Of a DNA stretch of 11,766 nucleotides, positions 1 to 7,176 are shown piece by piece. The stretch is taken from assembly GCA_043754515.1 (NCBI GenBank), contig JAYUUO010000149.1, positions 1 through 11,766 of the forward strand. The letters are read 5' to 3'. The notes beneath the pieces were generated by a model that was not told the DNA's origin, searched no databases, and worked only from the letters and a program-made list of their open reading frames with translations. Both the position numbers and the translations under genes were made by a program. This DNA is from Armatimonadota bacterium (GTDB lineage: Bacteria > Armatimonadota > Armatimonadia > Armatimonadales > Armatimonadaceae). The stretch's first letter is position 1; each line of letters opens with the position of its first letter.

Positions 1-1
1 T

Positions 2-82
2 GCGATGAACCGGATGACGGCACTTGGGATGCCGGACAGTTACGCGCCCGTGACGCCGCCGCAGGTGCCGGCGGTACTTTAA
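2..82 (+). CDS. IS5-family (IS903 group) transposase, C-terminal part (gene starts before the window)
   Basis: Frame from position 2 reads AMNRMTALGMPDSYAPVTPPQVPAVL* (TAA 80-82). NRMTxLGMPxS is the typical C-terminal motif of IS903-group transposases. Confidence 0.8.
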   Translation, partial: AMNRMTALGMPDSYAPVTPPQVPAVL

Positions 83-151
83 GGAGATGTGGTAAGAGTA
101 GTGTTTCCCCGCGCGGAAACGGGTGCCGGGGACGACTACGCAAAAAACGCT

Positions 152-169
152 GATTTATGCAACAAAGCC
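152..169. repeat. IS903-like right terminal inverted repeat
   Basis: 18-mer GATTTATGCAACAAAGCC. It supplies the spurious 'ALLHKSAFFA*' end of ORF 136..1698. Confidence 0.85.
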
Positions 170-700
170 TGGTCAGTGCTCCCGAATAGAACTTGCCACC
201 GGCGAAACGGCAAGTAATTGTCCTTAAACCACATGAGAACGTCGGCAGGCGAGGAGCCGGGCGGCACATCCCCCGGCTGAAGCGGCGGGCAGGTGCTTTG
301 CAATCGCTGACCAGAGGAGGGAGGTAAATGCTCCCGTAGTCCCCGGACCAACTCCTGAGTTACCCACTCCGGGTGGCAGGCGAGATATTCATCGGTCAGC
401 AACGCGGCGACCTTGAGAAGGTCGGCGTGAAAAGTCCCGGCGACCATACCCCGCCAGAACGACTCCGCGCCCTGCTCGATCGGCCCGTACTTCCAAACAC
501 CTCGGGCTAAATCTTGCCATTTCGGGGGAATCGGACGCGGGAAAACTACACCGAAACGACCTTCTAGAAGCCAGCCATGGAGCATCGTTTGCGCGTCATC
601 CGACGAACTGACGCGGTACGCGCTTTGCTCGGGCAAGTTCCCCTCGTCACCCGCCACGTCTCGGCGATTGACCGCAGTAAGGGACGAGACGGGTCGGCGT
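170..700 (-). pseudogene. Internal fragment of a possible PglZ-domain (BREX-like) protein, truncated by the IS903-like element
   Basis: Distal part of ORF 136..1698 (...PPLQPGDVPPGSSPADVLMWFKDNYLPFRRWQ) resembles, from memory, the region preceding the PglZ domain in BREX-like proteins. It is cut at 169/170 by the IS end. The upstream boundary (~700) is approximate. Confidence 0.35.
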
Positions 701-1545
701 CGGCAACCGGCGACCGCGAACTGTTCGGGTCGGCGCAGGAGCAGTTCCCAGTCGGCGATACCCGGCTCCGGCACGAATGTGTTCTCACGATACATCGTGG
801 TCTGGTGATCGTTCATTCGCAAAAATACGCACAACAAAAGGGGCAACACCCCGTCGGTCAACCCGAACTGTGGCGCGGCGAGGTCCGCGAATATCCGATG
901 AACCGGGCGCGGGTCGGGCGTCGCGTCCAGAAGCAACTCCTCTAACTTGCGCCATGTGGGGAGCAGGTTCGCCGGGTCGTTTAGCTCGTCCGGCGGCGCG
1001 AGAAAGTATGCACCGCCGTCACTGTCGCGTTTGTGCAAGCCGGTCGCCGCCAGAACAGATTCGTAGATGCTACGCTCCGGCGGAAACCCCGTGATCCCCA
1101 AATGGGGTCGCGTCACCTTTTCGTTATCGAGCAGTGCCTCAATCAGGTTGCGCCGCGCCACAGCCGCCTGCGACGAGATGTTGCGCCGGTTGATAAGTTC
1201 GTTGCGCAGGGTGGGCGTCCCCATGTAGGTCGCGTCCGCCATATCGGAAAGGGCGGGCAGCAGCGTGGGGACTAATTTTTTCGCGCCGCGATACCAGAAC
1301 TCGACGAAACCGTCGCCGCCCTCGCCCCTCGGCGCGAATAAGCGGAGCCATTCGGCGCGGAACGCCGTTTCCGCCACCTCCTGGCGCGTGCCCAGCTCGC
1401 GGCGGGCGGCGCGGTCGGATCCCACTTCCGGCACATCGGCGAGGACGCGTTCGGCGGCGAGACGATCCAGAGCCGCCTCGCGCAGAGCGTCGCTGTGTGA
1501 CGCGACCGCGACCAGCGAATCGGTAGCCGTAACCCCCGCGAGCAC
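700..1545 (-). pseudogene. Internal fragment of a large ATP-binding protein of the DUF4007/PAPS-reductase-associated (SspC-like) type
   Basis: Motifs DRAARREL, PTLRNELINRRNISSQAAVARRNLIEALL, LGITGFPPERSIYESVLAATGLH, LAAPQFGLTDGVLPLLL and WELLLRRPEQFAV. No N-terminal P-loop or credible start is present, and both boundaries are approximate. Confidence 0.5.
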
Positions 1546-1547
1546 CG

Positions 1548-1761
1548 CGATACAACGAGGGCAGAGGAATCGCCCCAGGCGATTTTCTCGGGCACCCGCA
1601 TTTGGGGTATCGGAACATGGGACGCCGGCCGCTCGACACGATCCGTCTACACCTCCAGGGGGGAAAAGACGCGGCGACAACGGGACCGGGAGCGGCAAAC
1701 GCGGCAGAAGCCGCCCCGATTCTGGCGACCTTTAGTGCAAGACATGAATGTTAATTATGCA
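1548..1761 (+). mobile_element. IS481-family remnant (transposase C-terminus and right end)
   Basis: The + frame from 1548 reads RYNE[GRGIAPGDFL]GHPHLGYRNMGRRPLDTIRLHLQ...SARHEC* (TAA 1752-1754). YNxxxPHxGYRNMGRxP matches IS481-type integrase-core C-termini. The stop lies within an IR-like end (GCAAGACATGAATGTTAATTATGCA), and GC content drops immediately after. Confidence 0.65.
1560..1589 (+). repeat. 30-bp hairpin mini-element, copy A (in-frame insert in IS481 transposase)
   Basis: GGCAGAGGAATCGCCCCAGGCGATTTTCTC. It is 24/30 identical to the minus-strand copy at 7045-7074, and removing it restores YNE-G-HPH spacing. Confidence 0.8.
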
Positions 1762-1923
1762 AATATTCAGCAAGGAAGGCAACCACTCGACTTTGAATCG
1801 CTTGTCACCCCCTGAAAGTCGTACATTGGGTAGGTCTTTTTGATTTCGGTTTCCATCCCAGATTGGTTCGATCAGAGGTATATTCATATTTTGTGGTATG
1901 GTAGAGCAATTATAGTTAGCACA

Positions 1924-3018
1924 ATGCTGACACGCGCATTTCTTTTTCCTAATAAACTATCGCGGATTTTGCTAATGCTTATTTTATTAAATCGTCTTTT
2001 ACAGATACGACTCTACACGATTCTTCTCGCTCTCAGTGTTCTAACGGTTAGTCTATCCCTTTCCGCAAACGCCCAAAGCCCTCTCTATATTACTACCAGT
2101 CCTGGTAGTGCCATCACCGGTTCCTATTCAACGATTACTGTAGGGCGCAATAACTCTAGCCAGAACTTCAGCGGGGTTACCGCCAATATCACTGCGGGCA
2201 CGAATACCGAGCTCGACCTCTATAACAACAGCATTGTTAATTATATAGGTTTAGTCAGTACAGATACCGTTGTAACCAATGATACCAGTACACTTAATGT
2301 ATCGGGAGGCTTGATCAATACCTCCCTTATCACCAACAGTACCAGCACACTTAATATCTCCGGAGGGAGCACCTATACCGTTTTAACTAACAGCACCGCT
2401 AATGCTACCTTTAGCGGAGGATCCGTATATACACTCACTACCAATGGTGGCAGTAGGATGACCATGAGTGGGAGTGCCAACAGCTCCTATGTCAATACCT
2501 ATGGCACCAGTCAACTTGATATTACCAACGGGTTAATTCAGTTCGGTCTGAATGCGGATAATTCGAGCATAGTGAACTTTTTTGGCGGTATTGTTACCTC
2601 TGGTGCAACGACTTCCGCTTCTACCAACAGTACACTCAACATATCGGGCGGCTCGCTCGATACGGTTGAAGGACATGACAGCGCGACAATCAAGATCACC
2701 GGAGGTAGTATCGCCAGCGGACTCTATGCCCATGACACATCGAAGTTTAATATATACGGGAAAAATCTGTCTCTCTCCGAAACTTCAACCACAGCAGATT
2801 ATGTCCAGTTTACGATGCTTGGTACTTTGTCCGACGGAACTAGCCTGGGGACAGGAGTGAGTGTCTACTCTTATAATTTAGCCGACCCTACATCGTCGAT
2901 TGCTCTCTTTTCTATAGTCCCGGAACCGAGTGATCTAATACTTATGGTTTCGGGACTACTTCTTCTGACCGGCCTGGTGTATTCACGCCGAATGGGACGG
3001 CCTAGTCCAACGCCCTGA
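1924..3018 (+). CDS. Secreted PEP-CTERM sorting domain protein with Ser/Thr/Asn/Gly-rich beta-helix-like repeats
   Basis: C-terminal IVPEPS, a hydrophobic helix and basic RR. Signal-peptide-like segment ending LSLSANA|Q. About 19-aa repeats (TNDTSTLNVSGG, TNSTSTLNISGG, STNSTLNISGG, GHDSATIKITGG). Start is ATG 1924 or ATG 1975; TTG 1840 is unlikely. Confidence 0.88.
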   Translation: MLTRAFLFPNKLSRILLMLILLNRLLQIRLYTILLALSVLTVSLSLSANAQSPLYITTSPGSAITGSYSTITVGRNNSSQNFSGVTANITAGTNTELDLYNNSIVNYIGLVSTDTVVTNDTSTLNVSGGLINTSLITNSTSTLNISGGSTYTVLTNSTANATFSGGSVYTLTTNGGSRMTMSGSANSSYVNTYGTSQLDITNGLIQFGLNADNSSIVNFFGGIVTSGATTSASTNSTLNISGGSLDTVEGHDSATIKITGGSIASGLYAHDTSKFNIYGKNLSLSETSTTADYVQFTMLGTLSDGTSLGTGVSVYSYNLADPTSSIALFSIVPEPSDLILMVSGLLLLTGLVYSRRMGRPSPTP

Positions 3019-6000
3019 CGTTCTGCGCTGGGGGTGGGCTCCCCCAGCGACCCCCTTTGTTGCACGGCTAAAACTGATACGTGTTCGGTTATCTGCATTC
3101 GATGTGAAGGTAATCGTATCCACATAGCCGTTCTGCAGGTCGATGGTCAACCGGGTCTTTGCCGCATTCCACGTTGTCGTTGGCAACAACTCTCCCGTGC
3201 GATACGGGAACAGTAGCACCTTATACTGCGGTTTGACCACATTATCCCGCTCGATCAAGACACGACTGGTCGGGACAATGGTTCGTCCGTTTCCGGGGGC
3301 ATTGTTATCGATTCCATAAGTCAACATATTAGCCGCGGTGGTGATGCTGGAGTTTTTTACCTCCAGTTTGATTGTCGGTTGCGAACTGTTATTGATTTCG
3401 GAGACATCGCGTACCAACAGGCGAGCGAGTCCGGTCTGTCCAGCAATTTTGACATCGTCAATCGGCGAGTGATAGACAGTAATGTCGGTCGGGGTTGCCG
3501 TTTTCGTGGTATCGACCGCTAGTGAAGCAAATGCCCGTCCCCCCGTCGAATTAATAAAGGCGTCACGAGTTCCGAAACCGGCGGAACAGTTCATACACCA
3601 CTTGTAGTTTCGTGCTGTATCGTCTTTGTTGAAATCATCCACGACTAGTACATAGGGACGTGCCCCACGCACAAACAGTGCCGAACGTAAAGCATATTTC
3701 ACTGGACGGAACATTGAGGAGGCTTTTATTTTTGCCGAGTATTTTGTATTGAGGTAGGCATGTCGTGAAACCAGGTTCGTAAACAGACCGGGGTACATAT
3801 ATGATGACCAGGGTGATAATGTGTAACTACTTACTCCCCCATAACCGTATCCATAGGCGTCCGTGGCATCTCCTGATATCAGAGTGTAATTATGTCGCGA
3901 ATCCTCCGTCACTTGGAGCAGATGTCCTGATACCGGACGCCCAGGTGTCACAATAGATGGATTATCAAACGCCGCTGAACTCGGACTCTGTCCGATAAAG
4001 CCGGCAGTCGGTGCGTTAGATGCCAGACTTGGTTCCTGAATCAATACCGAGGACTGTGCATCATTGATGGTTATATGGTACCCAGGAGCGATCGCCCAGG
4101 CGCGTCCGAGTGCAAAGAACGAGAAATTGTTCTTCTCGGCATGCAAGTGCCCCGAATCCATCCAACTCGACGCAAAGTAAAACGTAGCGTCACCCTCCTG
4201 CCAGCCGTTTCGAGTAACCGCGACCCCGGATTGTGGATCCAGTTTGATGAGTGGTAATCGCTTGCTGATTGCGACCTGTGGCAGAGTTGTCTTCTGACCA
4301 TTGATTCCTGGATCGAGTCCAAAAATTGCTGTCTGGAAGCAATCATATGGAAATAATGGTGCGTTGGCGGCATACAGATAATCAACTGCCGGGTCATCCG
4401 GGTACATATACTTTAGAAGCAGAATATGTTCGAGGCGGTAGTCGTAGGCATCGCTGTCCTCATGATCGTAAAGATAGATATTAGTTTTGAGGCTAGATAC
4501 AGTCGAGGATGTGATGGTTCGTTCGCCCGGATGGGATTCATGAAGCAGGAGCAACATCGAATTATAGAAATTGCCGGTGACAAACTGATTCTCGCCCCCG
4601 TGGATCGCATAACTGACTGCGGCGGGCCAATAATAGAAGGCACTGAGACCCAAGTAGGCTTCCCGGTTGACCGAAAATCCCCAGGGGGAAACATTGTAGT
4701 CAGTCCAGAGAATCTGTCGCCAGAGATTATCCACATCCACTTTGAGTGCGTTGGGCCATGCCATCGCGTCCGGGTAGGGATCAACCTCAGCGGGAGCAAC
4801 GACACCAGCCGCTGTAAAATCAGGATGCGTCCCTTGACAGGCATAGTATTTTGACTGCCAGGAACTGGTTGAGTCATAGGGACGTGCCCAGTCACCCGCA
4901 CGGATAAAGGTCTGAAAGACATTATACCCATTGGTGTAATAGGAACCCGCTTCGAAGTTGGTAAAGGCAGTATAGACATCGCTGGACACGCCACTCTCCT
5001 CCCCAGCAATCGCCATCTGATTGAAGACCAGATATTCGCTCAGGTTCGCGAAGTCACCGTTCTGATTGTCTCCACGATCCAGACCGCCCTGATGGGGATT
5101 ACCTCCCGGATAGCGTGAACCGGTTGTTCGTCCCCAACTAGTGGCGAAAAGAAAGTCGCGAGTATCCTGTTGCTGGCTGGTTATCATCCAGGGAGCGATA
5201 TAATCATACGCCAGACCAATCTGACTACCGACACCACCCGCACCGCTACCCGGTGTCCAACCGAATTTATCCATTTCACTCACGAAGAGTGGGTCGGTAG
5301 TGGTAAACGTATTGGTTGATCGGTTCCAGCATCGAGCGAACAGTACTCTGCAGTACGCCGATACGACGGTAGCCAGTTGGTTAAACTGTGTTTGTTTTGC
5401 AGACGAAACTTGGCTATGAGGTACAGTCGGATCTTGCCTGATCCAGGCGAGATAACAGGCATATTTGAGTTGTGTCTCAAACTCCGTCATGTTCGAAGCG
5501 GCAGTGGAGGTATTCCCCAGAGTTAGATCTGGCACGGTGCCAGTGTAGTTGTTATTAGCATAGGTTAAGAGCGCCCGGAACAGAATGCCCAGTGCTGAGG
5601 TGGATGTGTATATACCCGTTGTGTCACTAATCTGGGACTGCATCTTGCTGACGGCAGTCGAGGCGATTATGGCGTTGGTATCGCGGGTACTGATCTCGTC
5701 CCAGTCCTGATTTGTGCAGAAGACACGGGGATGATTGAACGCTCCAGGATCAGGAGAGAGAGTTCGGACGGAGGGGGGGGGGAGGATACCAGGAATAGCC
5801 GTAAGTGCGTCGAGCTTACCCGTAGCATCCTTCAGAGCAGGTATAGTCGACCAGACGTTGACCCAGGTATGGCGTACAACGGTATTGCCTCCGTCGGTTG
5901 CGGTCAGTTCGATCTCATAAACGCCGGGTGCGGAGAATGTCGCGGGAGTCGCTGCAGAGAAGGCATTGAGAAAAGTGACGGTTCCCGTTGTGGCGTTCGG

Positions 6001-6270
6001 ACTCAGATATTCCTGCAGTTGTTTCCACTTATAGGACGTTGGTGTGAAATTCAATGGGCTAGCGAGGAGATTAACTGTAGTCGTGGCTACGGTCTGGAAA
6101 ACGAGAATTGGGCGGTCAACACTGATGGACACCGTTGGGTTCGGAACAACATCCGCCTGATATAGACTAATCTTTTCGTTCTGTGCCTGGGTAGGATTTT
6201 GTATCAGACCAATCAGAGCAAGTAGCGAGATGCTGGCGGAAAAGGATTGTAAGAGACGCTTCGAAGACAT
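2983..6270 (-). CDS. Large secreted protein: PKD/Ig-like domain plus heparinase II/III-like (polysaccharide-lyase-like) region
   Basis: ATG 6270 with upstream AGGAAGG RBS. Signal peptide ending NPTQA|Q. PKD-like motif YKWKQ...FSAPGVYEIELTATDG. HPRVF motif, then GVAVTRNGW...GHLHAEKNNFSFFALGRAWAIAPGY, typical of Hepar_II_III-like domains. Substrate unknown. Confidence 0.7.
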   Translation of the reverse strand: MSSKRLLQSFSASISLLALIGLIQNPTQAQNEKISLYQADVVPNPTVSISVDRPILVFQTVATTTVNLLASPLNFTPTSYKWKQLQEYLSPNATTGTVTFLNAFSAATPATFSAPGVYEIELTATDGGNTVVRHTWVNVWSTIPALKDATGKLDALTAIPGILPPPSVRTLSPDPGAFNHPRVFCTNQDWDEISTRDTNAIIASTAVSKMQSQISDTTGIYTSTSALGILFRALLTYANNNYTGTVPDLTLGNTSTAASNMTEFETQLKYACYLAWIRQDPTVPHSQVSSAKQTQFNQLATVVSAYCRVLFARCWNRSTNTFTTTDPLFVSEMDKFGWTPGSGAGGVGSQIGLAYDYIAPWMITSQQQDTRDFLFATSWGRTTGSRYPGGNPHQGGLDRGDNQNGDFANLSEYLVFNQMAIAGEESGVSSDVYTAFTNFEAGSYYTNGYNVFQTFIRAGDWARPYDSTSSWQSKYYACQGTHPDFTAAGVVAPAEVDPYPDAMAWPNALKVDVDNLWRQILWTDYNVSPWGFSVNREAYLGLSAFYYWPAAVSYAIHGGENQFVTGNFYNSMLLLLHESHPGERTITSSTVSSLKTNIYLYDHEDSDAYDYRLEHILLLKYMYPDDPAVDYLYAANAPLFPYDCFQTAIFGLDPGINGQKTTLPQVAISKRLPLIKLDPQSGVAVTRNGWQEGDATFYFASSWMDSGHLHAEKNNFSFFALGRAWAIAPGYHITINDAQSSVLIQEPSLASNAPTAGFIGQSPSSAAFDNPSIVTPGRPVSGHLLQVTEDSRHNYTLISGDATDAYGYGYGGVSSYTLSPWSSYMYPGLFTNLVSRHAYLNTKYSAKIKASSMFRPVKYALRSALFVRGARPYVLVVDDFNKDDTARNYKWCMNCSAGFGTRDAFINSTGGRAFASLAVDTTKTATPTDITVYHSPIDDVKIAGQTGLARLLVRDVSEINNSSQPTIKLEVKNSSITTAANMLTYGIDNNAPGNGRTIVPTSRVLIERDNVVKPQYKVLLFPYRTGELLPTTTWNAAKTRLTIDLQNGYVDTITFTSNADNRTRISFSRATKGVAGGAHPQRRTSGRWTRPSHSA
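3026..3049. repeat. GC-rich hairpin at the convergent junction of the two cargo genes
   Basis: CGCTGGGGG-TGGGCT-CCCCCAGCG, a perfect 9-bp stem just after the PEP-CTERM stop and inside the tail of the long ORF. Confidence 0.7.
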
Positions 6271-6373
6271 TGAAATGTCCTTCCTACACATGGATAGAGC
6301 AATAAATCAGGCAAGCACCAATGTTGCTAGCAAACGATAACTGCAAAAAATACCAGTACTCAAAGCGATATAT

Positions 6374-6405
6374 TCTAGGTGGGGTGACGAATCACCCCAC
6401 CTAGA
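6374..6405. repeat. Perfect 14-bp inverted repeat (TTCG loop on the minus strand)
   Basis: TCTAGGTGGGGTGA-CGAA-TCACCCCACCTAGA, about 100 bp upstream of the lyase-like gene start. No U-tract. Confidence 0.8.
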
Positions 6406-6653
6406 CAGTGATACCTGATTCCAGTAAACAGTATATCAAATTTCGGAAGATAAGTAATCGTACATATTTAGGTTAGGCTTATCTCGGGCATCTTGAACGG
6501 GCTGAAGGCGATCCGGTACTCGGTCCCGACGGACTGTAGAATCGCGTTGACCGTGCCGTGCAACGCCTCTTTGTTCGCGTAGTCCTTCGCCCGCAACCAC
6601 TCATACTTGAGTCTCTTCCACAGCGTCTCCACGATGTTCAGGTGCGGCGAGTA

Positions 6654-6678
6654 CGGGTTTTTGCTCCGCAAAATACCG
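6654..6678 (-). repeat. 25-bp hairpin insertion splitting the FLPP|YSP motif
   Basis: Minus strand CGGTATTTTGC-GGA-GCAAAAACCCG. Removing it gives FLPPYSPHLNIVE in one frame. Confidence 0.85.
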
Positions 6679-7044
6679 AGGCGGCAGGAAGCCGATGTAT
6701 AAGCCGCGCTCCTCCCACCCCGCGCCGTGCCCGCGCACCATCTTCTTGTGAACCGACGCGTTATCCAAAACTACCACCGTCAATCTCTTCAGACCGAGCG
6801 AGAAGGCGTCCATCTGCTCCGCGAGCCAGTCCGCCGTCACCGCCTCCTCGCTAGTGAAGGAGGAGCAAGTGTTACTTCGGGACAGCAGGGCGAAACAGTT
6901 CAGTCGCCCCCCGTGGCTACAAGGTACGGAGACTTCTTCCCCCTTGAGTTGCCACCCCGACGCTATGCACGGCCGCAGGCTGACCCCGCTCGCGTCCCCG
7001 TAAAGCACGTCTATGTGTCCTTGTTCGTACAACTCCTCCCACTC

Positions 7045-7074
7045 AAGAAAATCGCCTCAAGCGATTTCTTTGCC
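7045..7074 (-). repeat. 30-bp hairpin mini-element, copy B (in-frame insert in IS630 transposase)
   Basis: Minus strand GGCAAAGAAATCGCTTGAGGCGATTTTCTT translates to GKEIA*GDFL within CECLR|EWEELYEQG. Confidence 0.82.
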
Positions 7075-7150
7075 CCGCAAGCATTCGCAACGCAGGGCGT
7101 ACACCTCCGGCGACGGCTCGCCGCGCACCACCCGCCTTATCCTCTTGTGA

Positions 7151-7176
7151 GTGCGTAGTGCTTCGCACTACGGCAC
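7151..7176 (-). repeat. Hairpin (probable ~22-bp insertion) just downstream of the IS630 slippery site
   Basis: Minus strand GTGC-CGTAGTGC-GAA-GCACTACG-CAC: an 8-bp perfect stem with a GC-GAA-GC loop. It places TAG in the orfB frame and lengthens the KK...HKRIR spacing. Confidence 0.7.

Larger units (their letters stand above)
1..169 (+). mobile_element. Right end of an IS5-family (IS903 group) insertion sequence
   Basis: A transposase C-terminus (2-82) is followed by GATTTATGCAACAAAGCC at 152-169. Its reverse complement, GGCTTTGTTGCATAAATC, closely matches the IS903-type terminal inverted repeat (GGCTTTGTTGAATAAATC). Confidence 0.85.

Noticed and set aside
136..1698. 520-aa ORF as one functional gene
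   Set aside because: Its start and end derive from IS sequences, and the middle joins two unrelated fragments.
1802..1825. TTGTCACCCCCTGAAAGTCGTACA resembles an IS3-type terminal repeat
   Set aside because: No partner repeat or transposase nearby; the similarity is only impressionistic.
1840..1923. TTG-initiated N-terminal extension of the PEP-CTERM ORF
   Set aside because: It would bury the signal peptide; this AT-rich stretch is more likely promoter/UTR.
2275..2760. Repetitive pattern as a possible DNA repeat array or CRISPR
   Set aside because: Repeats are degenerate and at the protein level (beta-helix). There are no identical DNA repeats with spacers and no cas genes.
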